Shown one piece after another: positions 1 to 9,482 of a stretch of 64,000 bases of DNA. Origin of the DNA: a virus. The position numbers and the translations under genes are program-made. The DNA is taken from the IMG/VR virus record IMGVR_UViG_3300021495_000001, positions 18,536 to 82,535 of that record; one strand, 5' to 3'. Below the pieces are notes generated by a model, which was not told the DNA's origin, ran no database searches, and saw nothing but the letters and a program-made list of their open reading frames with translations. How positions within the stretch are numbered: the stretch's first letter is position 1; each line of letters begins with the position of its first letter.

Positions 1-1401
1 AAAATCAATCAGCCAGTCCCTCTGTTGTTTTATTATCCCTGTTATCTTCTCCACGCTGTTCCTATCCAACTGGTCAAGATACCTTTGTATCCGTTCAAAC
101 TGACATTTTCTCTCATATGGGCTAAGGGGGCGGAAGTAAGTAGTGTAAGACCTAAGTTGATATCCTCCCCCCTCTTCCTCCTCTCTTTCAGGCCAACCAA
201 GGTGCTGCCGCAGCTTGTTTTCGTCTTTAAGTGTAGGTGCTATAACCCCCTTCTCCACTGCATCAATAAACAACTTGGCCATAGCCTGTCGCTTCTCTTC
301 ATCCATTGGCCTAAACTTAAACTTGGGGTATTTATCCACTGCATAGTTAAAACTAACCAACTCCCTTATCAACTGCTCATTCAACACCTCTTCCAAGTCC
401 CGCCTATGTTTGTCTACAATTTGGAGGAATACATCAAAATGAACTTTTCCCTGACTGTAGCTACCGTAATGTCCTTGCTCACTTACTCCTAACAAATTTG
501 GTATTAACAAGCTACGTGCAATAGCCATGTCATGGACAGCAATGGCATCCTTATATGTGGATGCCCCCCGTCCACTCACCTCTGGAAAGTTCAACTCTAC
601 CCCATCAGGCAACACTATACTGGTTCTGGCTTGCAGGTTATCTAGGATATTTTTTAGAGTTGTCCTTTCATTCTTAGTCAAAGCCTTTTTCAACGTCCCC
701 ACTGCAGGTGGCATACTGTACCGCTCCAAGTAAATGTTATACAGCTTTATTATTACATCCTTGCTCCACCACGAGCGGTAGGCTTCCCGCAAATCACTTA
801 TGCCATACCAATTATCAAACTCTTTGCGGTATGTGTAGATAATAAACTTACTCGGAGGTAGCTTCCGTGTACCAAAGCCCTGCCACACTCCGTTCTCTCG
901 TAAATTACCAAACTCATCCACATCAAAATCCACCCCATGAGGCTTCCTAGTCTTTATTGCCTTGACCCCTACTTTTCCACCATAGGGGCCTGTATCTGGA
1001 AGCAAAGTATAGACCTTTTCACTTACACTAAACCCATAGTCAAACGCCGTCATAATGTTCAACAGCACATCTTCAAACGTCCCCTTTACCCTTTCTAAAT
1101 TATGCTTCACAAACTCAGCTACTTCTATATCAGCCTCATCATCACTAGCTGGCTCCACTACCCAACCTGAACACAGCACAGCAAACTTACGCAGGTTCAT
1201 GCACCCCTTCACCGTGTCATCTCTGCGTATTTTGTCATATATCCTCAACCCACCTTTTCTACTTGCCAGTGTATCAGGGTTATATGGGGTAAAAAGAGCA
1301 GTAGGGTATAACAGGGTCTCCCTGCTCATCAACTCCTTATCAAGCTGAGCCCCTCTAGTATTGGTTTGGAATATCTTTTTAATATGGCTAAAAATAGACA
1401 T
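1..1401 (-). CDS. Phage portal protein (Mu gp29 / DUF935-like), 3' end cut by window edge
   Basis: Not in the ORF track because there is no stop inside the window. Hand translation of the minus strand from ATG at 1401-1399 stays open for 467 codons to base 1: MSIFSHIKKIFQTNTRGAQLDKELMSRETLLYPTALFTPYNPDTLASRKGGLRIYDKIRRDDTVKGC...FDNWYGISDLREAYRSWWSKDVIIKLYNIYLERYSMP. It is co-directional with and downstream of the terminase genes. The last ~40 codons (RPLSPYERKCQFERIQRYLDQL) may begin a fused MuF-like domain. Confidence 0.7.
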   Translation of the reverse strand, partial: MSIFSHIKKIFQTNTRGAQLDKELMSRETLLYPTALFTPYNPDTLASRKGGLRIYDKIRRDDTVKGCMNLRKFAVLCSGWVVEPASDDEADIEVAEFVKHNLERVKGTFEDVLLNIMTAFDYGFSVSEKVYTLLPDTGPYGGKVGVKAIKTRKPHGVDFDVDEFGNLRENGVWQGFGTRKLPPSKFIIYTYRKEFDNWYGISDLREAYRSWWSKDVIIKLYNIYLERYSMPPAVGTLKKALTKNERTTLKNILDNLQARTSIVLPDGVELNFPEVSGRGASTYKDAIAVHDMAIARSLLIPNLLGVSEQGHYGSYSQGKVHFDVFLQIVDKHRRDLEEVLNEQLIRELVSFNYAVDKYPKFKFRPMDEEKRQAMAKLFIDAVEKGVIAPTLKDENKLRQHLGWPEREEEEGGGYQLRSYTTYFRPLSPYERKCQFERIQRYLDQLDRNSVEKITGIIKQQRDWLIDF

Positions 1402-1445
1402 CTTTTCCTTTCTATTTAGTTAATAAGACAATTTAACTGCAAAAT

Positions 1446-2009
1446 TTAACTCTCCATCATCAACTTCTTTAACTCTGCCTTAAACCGCCTAACTACATTG
1501 CTTACTGTGGCCTCAGACACCTGCATCATAGCTGCAACCTCTTTCTGTGAGTAACCACTAAAAAGAGACAACACAACCATAGCACGGTGGCCTTCAGTAA
1601 GGGTAGACAAAAGGGCTTGGTATTGGTCATCCGATACCCAAGAGGGCATAGACACCACCTTCCCCTCTTCCCCTCTACTTTCCACCTGAGTAGTAGCAGG
1701 ATCAGTAGAAAACTCCCTCAATACCCGCTGCATTATTTTGGACAGGTATTGCACAACATCCCCTGCTGGCCTATTCACATCTACCTTCCCCACCTTCACC
1801 AACTGCCATAAACGCAATGAAGCCTCAGCCTGCATATCCTCCCAGTATTGCTCTTTGCCTTTATGCTCAGAGTGGAGAAAATGACCCACCATCACTTTTA
1901 CCAATGGCCAAAGAGCCTCAAACTGGGACCTTTTCAGCTCCTCCTGCACCTGTTTCATTTGTTCATTCAGGCTATCTACTTCCATCCCCCCTCCTAACCT
2001 TCCACTCAT
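1446..2009 (-). CDS. Sigma-70 family (ECF-like) sigma factor
   Basis: C-terminal region 4.2-type HTH GYSQKEVAAMMQVSEATVSNVVRRFKAELKKL; upstream region-2-like helix WEDMQAEASLRLWQLV; size 187 aa. Confidence 0.55.
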   Translation of the reverse strand: MSGRLGGGMEVDSLNEQMKQVQEELKRSQFEALWPLVKVMVGHFLHSEHKGKEQYWEDMQAEASLRLWQLVKVGKVDVNRPAGDVVQYLSKIMQRVLREFSTDPATTQVESRGEEGKVVSMPSWVSDDQYQALLSTLTEGHRAMVVLSLFSGYSQKEVAAMMQVSEATVSNVVRRFKAELKKLMMES

Positions 2010-2193
2010 GCAACACCACCCTGTCTTCCAGTCTAACCAGCCGGTGGTATTGATATGCAGGGGTACCTAGGACTATATGTGAATAATGGGTAGTAAGGAA
2101 CTCCTTAAACTGGTCACATTGACACAGCCCCTGTATAAGCTCTCTATCCACCTTCAGCTCTTCTACCATATCCCCTACCCCTACTTGCAACAT
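1972..2193 (-). CDS. Hypothetical small protein (internal Met of ORF 1972..2247)
   Basis: Fills the gap between the GT9 gene and the sigma gene on the same strand. No recognisable motif. Confidence 0.3.
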   Translation of the reverse strand: MLQVGVGDMVEELKVDRELIQGLCQCDQFKEFLTTHYSHIVLGTPAYQYHRLVRLEDRVVLHEWKVRRGDGSR

Positions 2194-3110
2194 AACACTC
2201 TCTCCACTGCCTTCATTACTCTCTCTACCTTTATCCCCCTCATACATTCATAATCAGAGCAAGAGAAAAAGAGGTCTTTGCCCTGGCAGGGCGCACAAGG
2301 CAAACTACTACCTAGAACAATGCCTTTTTTAGTGAAAAATGGTCGGTTTTTTGTGATGAGAGTAGGGCCAAACAAGGTAATCAAAGGGATGCCTAAAGCA
2401 TCAGCTACATGCATCAACCCACTATCATTCATTACTGCAAGATCACATTGGCTAATTACCTTTGCCGTCTCTGAAATAGTAAGTCTGCCGGCGTAGTTTA
2501 CCCCCCTCCCCCCGCATGCTTCCATTACCATCTGCCCCTCTAGCCATTCCTCCTCACCCCCAACCCAAACCACCCTTGCATCATATTCTTTTACAAGTGC
2601 CCGTGCGAGCTGGGGGAAATATGGCCATTTCTTTTTTTGCCAAACAGGTCGGTTTACTGACCCATTGCACAAACAGACATTCGTCCCCATCTTGGGCAAA
2701 ATAGGCCCCTGAGCCAAGGGAATATACGGAGTAGGTATCCCCCCTTTATACCCCAGTCCATACACATAGCTCATATAATACTCCACCTCATGTTCTCCAC
2801 TTTCCCATCGTGGGGGTCTCTGTGGAAGAGTAGTTAAGCTAAGTAGGGCCTCATGGATTGCCCCACCACCCCACTGAGTTATGAAAAACAAATCATATCC
2901 ATCTAACGAACATGGGAAAAACCTAACATTATCAACTAAAGGCCATTTTTTACACATTTCAATCACTGCATCAGAACGGTTATCCTTCCACCTCCCATCA
3001 AACACCACATCAAGAGTAGCATCAGGATATAACATTTTAAGAGCCTTCAACGCTGAGGTAAATAAAACCCAATTACCTAGACCATTCTGAAACCCTGTAC
3101 ATATCCTCAC
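2181..3110 (-). CDS. Glycosyltransferase family 9 (heptosyltransferase-like)
   Basis: NDSGLMHVADALGIPLITLFGPT and N-terminal GLGNWVLFTSALKALK are typical of RfaF/RfaC-type GT9 enzymes. Confidence 0.7.
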   Translation of the reverse strand: MRICTGFQNGLGNWVLFTSALKALKMLYPDATLDVVFDGRWKDNRSDAVIEMCKKWPLVDNVRFFPCSLDGYDLFFITQWGGGAIHEALLSLTTLPQRPPRWESGEHEVEYYMSYVYGLGYKGGIPTPYIPLAQGPILPKMGTNVCLCNGSVNRPVWQKKKWPYFPQLARALVKEYDARVVWVGGEEEWLEGQMVMEACGGRGVNYAGRLTISETAKVISQCDLAVMNDSGLMHVADALGIPLITLFGPTLITKNRPFFTKKGIVLGSSLPCAPCQGKDLFFSCSDYECMRGIKVERVMKAVERVLCCK

Positions 3111-3904
3111 TCTCTAGCCCTCCTCCATGTGGAATAGCGGGACTCCTCCCCCATATGGACGACCAACCCTGGCACTACCATTATGTATTTACCTTGCCTA
3201 ACACAACTGTTTCTTGCTGACCACCTTTCATGGTCACCTATCAGGTAGTAGTCCACCCTGCTTCCTCTACCCCTGCTGGGCATCCCCCGCTCTGTGCCAT
3301 CTGGGTTTAGGCGGGGGATAGGCATAATACTGTCCCAAAACCCCCTCTCTGCTACCAAACATGCAGCCCTTTCCAATTTTTTAAACTCTACTGGACGGCC
3401 TCGCCATGAAATAGCATCTACAGGGTGGTGTTCTGGGCTATCAAACCCACCAAAAAACCCTATGGGGTATTTTTCCTGTAGCTCCTCATATGCATCAATA
3501 AGTACCCTTATCCACCCCCGTTTTACCTCCACATCATCCTGTAAGTAAGCAAAATATTTAGCTGGGGTATAAAACTGCCCAAACATACCAGACACCCCAT
3601 ACAATGCATTCAACCCATAACACACTCCCTGCCGTCGTTTATTCAGGATGACAGCACAAAGCCTACCATCATACAGCCTTCGTAAATAATCCCCTGTCCC
3701 ATCGCTACTACAATCATCCACTACAAATAGACGGAAAGGTACAGTAGTGTTTCTAAATATGCTATCTAGAGTCCTCCTCAACAAACTACAACGGTTATAT
3801 GTGGTAACACCTATATCCACCACTGCTACACTCTCTATTTCTCTCACTATCTCTCTATCCTTCTCAGTCTGCTTCAAAAAGACACTGTTATAGTCTATCT
3901 TCAC
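3107..3904 (-). CDS. Glycosyltransferase family 2 (GT-A fold)
   Basis: VVDIGVTTYNRCSLLRRTLDSI ... RLFVVDDCSSDGT is a classic GT2 N-terminal signature. Confidence 0.75.
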   Translation of the reverse strand: MKIDYNSVFLKQTEKDREIVREIESVAVVDIGVTTYNRCSLLRRTLDSIFRNTTVPFRLFVVDDCSSDGTGDYLRRLYDGRLCAVILNKRRQGVCYGLNALYGVSGMFGQFYTPAKYFAYLQDDVEVKRGWIRVLIDAYEELQEKYPIGFFGGFDSPEHHPVDAISWRGRPVEFKKLERAACLVAERGFWDSIMPIPRLNPDGTERGMPSRGRGSRVDYYLIGDHERWSARNSCVRQGKYIMVVPGLVVHMGEESRYSTWRRARE

Positions 3905-4560
3905 CCCCCAAAAATCCTCCTATACCCCGTCAACTCAAAAAACACACTGTACAACTGCTCAATCTCTTCAATCTGACCTGTAGTCAAGTAATACCTAAAA
4001 TCAGCTAGTTTCCTGTCATGTACCCAGTCCCTCCTCAACCTACTTTCCAAGATATTCGCCCGCAAAGCCCTATCCACAACATCCAAAGGGACATCCACCC
4101 CTAAATGCCCGAATAACTGCCTAAAAGTAATAGATGCATGGGGACCTGTAGCCTGTTCATAAGAGACTAAATGTACAAAAGGTTTACCCCAGTAACCCAA
4201 AAACCAACAAACATACCGTGATAAGCAATTGGGGTGAGTAATCAACATATCAATGCTCTCTTTTAGCCCCTTCCCCTTTACTACTAGGTCCAAGGGATGG
4301 ATGGGAATATCACGGACATAAAAATAAACAGACACCACCACATCCCGTATATCCCTGTATATACCAAATATCTGCCTATCCTTGCACAAACCTAAACTGC
4401 TTGAATAGGGTAAATGCTGATGGCCATCTATCGCATCATTTAGTACCCTTACCCCTACCCTCTCAGCAATATACCTAACCACATCATGGAAATACACTGA
4501 GGCACTTCTAGGCATCCCCACCGCATATACCTCTTTCATCCCCCCTTCCCCTCCTTCCAA
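3901..4560 (-). CDS. Sulfotransferase-like protein
   Basis: 5'-phosphosulfate-binding-like loop GMPRSASVY and 3'-phosphate-binding-like YRDIRDVVVSVY. The likely true start is the second Met (MKEVYAVG). Confidence 0.55.
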   Translation of the reverse strand: MEGGEGGMKEVYAVGMPRSASVYFHDVVRYIAERVGVRVLNDAIDGHQHLPYSSSLGLCKDRQIFGIYRDIRDVVVSVYFYVRDIPIHPLDLVVKGKGLKESIDMLITHPNCLSRYVCWFLGYWGKPFVHLVSYEQATGPHASITFRQLFGHLGVDVPLDVVDRALRANILESRLRRDWVHDRKLADFRYYLTTGQIEEIEQLYSVFFELTGYRRIFGG

Positions 4561-5162
4561 AACACCATCAGACTGTGCTCCTCCCCTGTTCCATCCACAT
4601 CCCCCACCACCTCAACCATTATGCAGTGTAGTGGGGAAAACAGATGCTTATACTTATCCACCCCTCTATACCAAATATGCTCTTTATCCTCCAACCAAAT
4701 ACTGGTATTCTCATACAGCACTAAATAGCCATCTGGGGCTAATACTCTAGCAAGCTCACTGGTTACCTGTCTTATACATGAGGGTGGGATATGTTGAAGA
4801 ACCGTCCAGCTGAACACACCACCAAACTGAGCATCAGAAAAAGGAAGCCACAAACCATCATACTGGGCAAAGATCCCTTTTGGCACTCTTTTTTTAGCCT
4901 CCTTTACAGCCCACTCTACTATATCTACCCCATATACTTGCTTACAAAAAGAGGCCAGAAAGGCAGCCCACCTACCCCAACCACAACCAAAATCCAACAC
5001 TACCCTGTCACGAAACAAAAACTGCAACAAACCCTCATACTGCTTCTGCAGTCTAGTTGTTTGGGCCGTAAGCTGGGCTGAGGACAGCTTGCAATGGCCT
5101 ACTGCTTTACAGCCTTGCTCTCTATACCGCCTACACCAATACCCCCTTCTATCTTCTTTCAT
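4536..5162 (-). CDS. Class I SAM-dependent methyltransferase
   Basis: Motif I VLDFGCGWGRW, later LAPDGYLVLYEN. Confidence 0.7.
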   Translation of the reverse strand: MKEDRRGYWCRRYREQGCKAVGHCKLSSAQLTAQTTRLQKQYEGLLQFLFRDRVVLDFGCGWGRWAAFLASFCKQVYGVDIVEWAVKEAKKRVPKGIFAQYDGLWLPFSDAQFGGVFSWTVLQHIPPSCIRQVTSELARVLAPDGYLVLYENTSIWLEDKEHIWYRGVDKYKHLFSPLHCIMVEVVGDVDGTGEEHSLMVFWKEGKGG

Positions 5163-5334
5163 ACTGTTCCCTAATCCTCCGCTCTTTTTTTATCACCTGT
5201 GCAATACGCAATGTAAGATACCCCACAATCTCCTCCACTACCTCATCCTCTATTATCACCCCATGCTTTTTAGCAATGTCCACAATGTTCTGTTTGTGTA
5301 AATTAAACAAATCCTCTTTACTCATCCTTGCCAT
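5149..5334 (-). CDS. Hypothetical protein (61 aa)
   Basis: Collinear ORF, overlapped start/stop with neighbours. Confidence 0.4.
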   Translation of the reverse strand: MARMSKEDLFNLHKQNIVDIAKKHGVIIEDEVVEEIVGYLTLRIAQVIKKERRIREQYERR

Positions 5335-5337
5335 TTT

Positions 5338-5844
5338 TTACCCCCCTCTCTCTCTATTTTTCTTCCTGAAAGTATTTGTCCTAGAGTCATAATCCTTACT
5401 CACCTTAGCCCTTTCACAAAACTTTTTATGCTTCTTGTATTGTCTCTGGACATACTTAGAGTCTTTATGTTTCTGTACCTCTTCCTCTATGGACTTCAAC
5501 TGGCCTAGAAGAAAAGCCTCAAACTCCTTATATAGGCCAGCCATCCTAGGGCGTCTTCTATCTCTAGCCTTCCTCTGGTAAATATCACAAGCCCAAGCCA
5601 TAGCTAAAAAACCATAAGCAGGCATAAGCACTTCCAAAGGCAAATTCTTCCTGTCTGCTTTCAACTTATCCCCTCGTGCATTCTGGAGGACAAGCTTGTA
5701 ATCCCCAAACTTCTCCCCATAAATCCTCATAGCCAAATCTCTTGCTACCCTTGAAAAAACTCTATCACAGTATTTATACTCATTTTTAGCAAAAGCTCCA
5801 TTAAGCTTCCTAGCATAATGTAATAAAGTAAACTTGCTAAGCAT
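5338..5844 (-). CDS. Hypothetical basic protein (168 aa)
   Basis: Collinear ORF directly downstream of TerL; Lys/Arg-rich C-terminus. Confidence 0.45.
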   Translation of the reverse strand: MLSKFTLLHYARKLNGAFAKNEYKYCDRVFSRVARDLAMRIYGEKFGDYKLVLQNARGDKLKADRKNLPLEVLMPAYGFLAMAWACDIYQRKARDRRRPRMAGLYKEFEAFLLGQLKSIEEEVQKHKDSKYVQRQYKKHKKFCERAKVSKDYDSRTNTFRKKNRERGG

Positions 5845-5860
5845 TAGCTCCTCCTAAACT

Positions 5861-7471
5861 CTAATATTCCTCCTCTCCATCAGGCCACCAATTACTCACC
5901 CTCTTCCCCCTCTCACTCATTACTATCTGCTCCAACCCCACCCCCTTAGCCAATGCATTAAATGCCCCTGCTGCTGCATCTACCTGGTCTTTGTATGTCC
6001 CATGGGGGAAAAACCGATGCTCCTCTATAAACTCCTCGTTCCATCCCCCCTGTAACAATACTACATTCCCTGCATTCACCTGCACGCTATACGGGTCAGC
6101 CCTGTATACCTTGTTTCCAGTGGGTCGGTCTATCTCAACATGAAACCCAGCAAGATTTCTCACCGTCCCCTCAGCGCTCTCCTTTCCCCCACTCCCCGGC
6201 TCCTGCTCCACATACACCACACACCCACTACCATCCACCTCAGCCACCTCCCTGATTATCCTCTCCCTCTCATCACTACTCCACCTCCCCCGCCTAACAT
6301 CCAATACCATAAACTTCCCATTATTCAACTTACACATCTTTACCCCCACCGTATATGCCCCACCACCCTCTGTCCCTGCCTTATCCCAGTACCTCACTGT
6401 TTCTACTATGTCTATAGGCAAGGGTAGCTGGGTAGCTATTTGGAAATGCTCCACTTTGAACATCCCCCCGCCGGGTGGTACAGGGTGCTGTCCTACCTGC
6501 CCCGCATAACCATACTGGCCTAGCTCTGCCTGCATATCCTCTAGCACCTTCCACGGCATCCGTACTGGGTCCAGCAAGCCATTCACATAGTACCGGCACA
6601 GCTCTGGTGGTTGTAGTTGCTCTCGGTAGTTCTGTATCTCCCCCGGCAAACATATCAGCCTCACCCCCTTCCAGCTCCGTAGTATATGTCCTGAGGGGTC
6701 ATTTTGGTGGAGGCGTTGCATAATGAGTATCACCGGGGTCACTTCCTTGTCTGCCTTCCGTGTTGATAGCGTCTGGTCTATCCACCGGTTTGCACTTTGC
6801 AGTTCCTTCTCACTCACTGCCCTATTTGGGTCTACTGGGTCATCCACTATCAATATATGTCCATGAAACCCAGTCAGTGTGCCCCCTACAGATGTGGAGT
6901 ACCGGTTACCGCCTGGCCTTACTACTTCTCCTTTACTGTGGCGGACTATACGGAAATTGCTTTTAGTATCCTTGTCTTTTTTTACACTTAGGTGGGGAAA
7001 AAGAGCCTTAAACCTATCACTACGGACTATATCACGGCTTTTCTCTGCATGCTCCAAAGCCAATGCACCGCTATAACTGGCAACTATAAAGCACATCCAA
7101 TACCAATTTACCCAACACCAGACTGGAAGCATTACACTGCATACGGTTGATTTTGTGGTTCCTGGGGGGATATTTATTACTAGGTCATACTGTTTGGGCT
7201 CTCGGTTAGCCACCTGTCTGGCCATCCTTGCAAGTTCACTGCATAGGTATTTTATATGCCAGTTCCACACTGGGGGGTCGTTGCTCACTACTGGCCAAAA
7301 GTATTGTAGAAAATAGAAGAAATCCCGCCGACATAGTTCTGCCCGCAGTTCATTCCTCATACCGTAGAGTTTATAAGCTTGTTGAAACTGTTGTTTTCGT
7401 TCTTCATAGTGTTTCTTTCGGATAAACCCCAGACGGCTACTCTTGCTTATCTTTCCCATCAGCCTGCTCAA
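5861..7471 (-). CDS. terL: Terminase large subunit
   Basis: FFYFLQYFWP ... Walker A-like INIPPGTTKST, Walker B-like HILIVDDPVDP, IMQRLHQNDPSGHIL coupling motif, C-terminal nuclease-like half. Confidence 0.9.
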   Translation of the reverse strand: MSRLMGKISKSSRLGFIRKKHYEERKQQFQQAYKLYGMRNELRAELCRRDFFYFLQYFWPVVSNDPPVWNWHIKYLCSELARMARQVANREPKQYDLVINIPPGTTKSTVCSVMLPVWCWVNWYWMCFIVASYSGALALEHAEKSRDIVRSDRFKALFPHLSVKKDKDTKSNFRIVRHSKGEVVRPGGNRYSTSVGGTLTGFHGHILIVDDPVDPNRAVSEKELQSANRWIDQTLSTRKADKEVTPVILIMQRLHQNDPSGHILRSWKGVRLICLPGEIQNYREQLQPPELCRYYVNGLLDPVRMPWKVLEDMQAELGQYGYAGQVGQHPVPPGGGMFKVEHFQIATQLPLPIDIVETVRYWDKAGTEGGGAYTVGVKMCKLNNGKFMVLDVRRGRWSSDERERIIREVAEVDGSGCVVYVEQEPGSGGKESAEGTVRNLAGFHVEIDRPTGNKVYRADPYSVQVNAGNVVLLQGGWNEEFIEEHRFFPHGTYKDQVDAAAGAFNALAKGVGLEQIVMSERGKRVSNWWPDGEEEY

Positions 7472-8000
7472 TCTGCTCTATGGCCTGCACTAACTGATGT
7501 AGCTGTTCCACTGTCAACCTGCTTGGGTCTATCACTCGCTCTGCCTTTAATGGTCCTCCTTGTGGGCCCGTCAGCTCATGCACTTCCCTCAACCCTAAGC
7601 TCCGTGCCACCAGACCTGGGTTAAAAAACCCTAACACTGCGCCCTCAAACCTTTGTTGATATAGTATTTGTTCCACCATATCCATCACTGCCAGATACCC
7701 CTCCTCCCCCCGCTCCTTCTTTACCCGTCGGGTGTAATACCACCAATGCTTTGTCATACCTAAAAAAGTGCAGAAACCCTCCAGAGTGAAAGGCCGTGGA
7801 CGGGGGATTTTCTCTCTTCCCTTTTGGCCTTTATGGAACACCAGTTGCTCCTCATACAACGGGTTATCCTCTACCCATTTAAAATACTGGCAGGCCGCCC
7901 GCCATAACGATTCAGGGGTAGGGTATTTGGGGGGTCGGGTAGGGGTTGGATAGAGGGGGGCATGGGTTGCCCGTTTTTGCCACCATCGGGTTCGTCTCAT
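7437..8000 (-). CDS. terS: Terminase small subunit (gp3 DNA-packaging type)
   Basis: PESLWRAACQYFKWVEDNP ... RPFTLEGFCTFLGM pattern; immediately upstream of and overlapping terL. Confidence 0.7.
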   Translation of the reverse strand: MRRTRWWQKRATHAPLYPTPTRPPKYPTPESLWRAACQYFKWVEDNPLYEEQLVFHKGQKGREKIPRPRPFTLEGFCTFLGMTKHWWYYTRRVKKERGEEGYLAVMDMVEQILYQQRFEGAVLGFFNPGLVARSLGLREVHELTGPQGGPLKAERVIDPSRLTVEQLHQLVQAIEQIEQADGKDKQE

Positions 8001-8050
8001 CTCTTTATATAGTATAAGGGAAAAGGGGTGGAAAAATAAAGGGGGAAAAT

Positions 8051-8113
8051 TTTAAAAAAATTTAAAAAAATTTCAAAAAAGGGCTTGACTTTTTGAAAAA
8101 GCTATTATATAAT
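8051..8113 (+). promoter_or_regulatory. Sigma70-type early promoter with phased A-tract UP-like element
   Basis: Three 10-bp units TTTAAAAAAA/TTTAAAAAAA/TTTCAAAAAA (8051-8080), then TTGACT (8085-8090), a 17-bp spacer, and TATAAT (8108-8113). It sits in the divergent gap between terS and the plus-strand block. Confidence 0.6.
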
Positions 8114-8142
8114 AGGGTAAAATAAAGGAAGGAGGTAAGAGG

Positions 8143-9027
8143 ATGGAATTCAAAATTGAAAAAGAGGTAAAGGGTAAAAAAGTTTTAATAAAAATAGAGC
8201 CTCTCAAATTATCTGAAAGTGGACAGCTTGAATTATGTTACTCTTTCCCAGGGCAAAAATATGAAGTGGGGAAGTTCTCCCCCCACAAAAAAGCCCTTAT
8301 ATTCCCACTTCCTGAAAAAATTAATGGTGTAAAAGCAAGTGGAATTAGCCTGCCTGATAATATCTGTCATGAGTTAGAGAAAATCCAAAAACATTTAAAG
8401 CAAGAACAAAAGGCAGCTTTTGATGAAGCATTTGAAAAAGCATTGACTTTACGCTACTACAACGGTGATTGGTACAGAACTATTGGATTTTGGGCAAAGG
8501 ACGCATCAGCAGATGATGAAATAAAAGAAAGAATAAAAAAAGAGAATGACTACTGGTTACTGGCTGACCCTGATAAAATTGCAGAACAATATTTTAACCT
8601 CAAAAGATATTACTCAAAAGAAGAAGTAGAAAAAGTTACAAAGCAAATGGAACAAAAAGGTTTTCAAGTCAAAATAATTCTAATAGGGGAAGAAAAAGAT
8701 ACAGGCTATATAAAAGAAATAACTGCACCATGGGGGGTCTGGAAAGAACAAATTTTTAAGCCTCTGGTAGAAAAGGTCAAAGAGAAAGAAAGGAAAAGAG
8801 CAGAAGAATATCAAAATAAACTTAAAAAGGCATTGAAAAAGGCCAAAGAAACAGGCAAGCCTCAAATAGTCCAAGTCTTAGGACACATAGATGGGGACGA
8901 TAGGGAGGAGGTTAAAAGACATTGTCCACAGTTTCTAAAGGACTTTGGGGAGTTGGGTGTTATTACAGTTTATGAAGTAGTGTATCCTGACGGGAAAATT
9001 ACTGAAGAATACTCACCAAGCTATTAG
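8143..9027 (+). CDS. Hypothetical early protein (294 aa)
   Basis: First ORF after the promoter; SD GGAGGTAAGAGG upstream; Lys/Glu-rich. Confidence 0.55.
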   Translation: MEFKIEKEVKGKKVLIKIEPLKLSESGQLELCYSFPGQKYEVGKFSPHKKALIFPLPEKINGVKASGISLPDNICHELEKIQKHLKQEQKAAFDEAFEKALTLRYYNGDWYRTIGFWAKDASADDEIKERIKKENDYWLLADPDKIAEQYFNLKRYYSKEEVEKVTKQMEQKGFQVKIILIGEEKDTGYIKEITAPWGVWKEQIFKPLVEKVKEKERKRAEEYQNKLKKALKKAKETGKPQIVQVLGHIDGDDREEVKRHCPQFLKDFGELGVITVYEVVYPDGKITEEYSPSY

Positions 9028-9042
9028 AAAGGAGGTAAGAGG

Positions 9043-9210
9043 ATGAGAACAGCCGTCTATAAAGGGGTCAAAATTCTATTGGTGGAAGCTAATTTAGCTT
9101 TCATCAACAAACCAGGGGATGTCCTAAGATTGGGCATCTTTGCCGGGTATCCTCTATCAAAAATGAAGGAATTGATTGATTTAAAAAAAGGAGGAGAAGA
9201 TGACAAGTAA
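9043..9210 (+). CDS. Hypothetical small protein (55 aa)
   Basis: Below the ORF-track cutoff. Same SD-start string GGAGGTAAGAGGATG as the gene at 8143. MRTAVYKGVKILLVEANLAF... Confidence 0.4.
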   Translation: MRTAVYKGVKILLVEANLAFINKPGDVLRLGIFAGYPLSKMKELIDLKKGGEDDK

Positions 9211-9469
9211 AGAGTTTAAAAATTTGGTAAAGAAAGCAATGCAAATAAGAGTTTCATCTATTGAATGTGCTGAACCACTTTTTGGGATTGGCCTTAAATC
9301 TGAAAGAGAAAGCAGAGGAATTACCAGAAGACATAAACTACTAATCACGCCTGAAGCAGCTATAGCATTTATTAGGTATCAGACTCTAAGATTAGATGGA
9401 ACTTTAGATTTGGAAGAGCTTAACGATATTAAATGGCTTTTTATCAACTTTGTAGAAGTAGTCTATTAA
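9200..9469 (+). CDS. Hypothetical protein
   Basis: Collinear ORF with GGAGGAG upstream. Confidence 0.45.
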   Translation: MTSKEFKNLVKKAMQIRVSSIECAEPLFGIGLKSERESRGITRRHKLLITPEAAIAFIRYQTLRLDGTLDLEELNDIKWLFINFVEVVY

Positions 9470-9482
9470 GGGGGGGGGTAGA

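Noticed and set aside
25-1348. Plus-strand ORFs 25..492, 527..733 and 1055..1348 from the ORF track
   Set aside because: They give low-complexity Leu/Ser/Pro-rich translations and lie antisense to a 467-codon open minus-strand frame with clear portal-like sequence. They are treated as shadow ORFs.
6140-7624. Multiple 60-95 aa ORFs on both strands inside the terminase genes
   Set aside because: They are out of frame with or antisense to a confident TerL/TerS reading frame. Pro/Ser/Leu-rich composition is typical of shadow frames.
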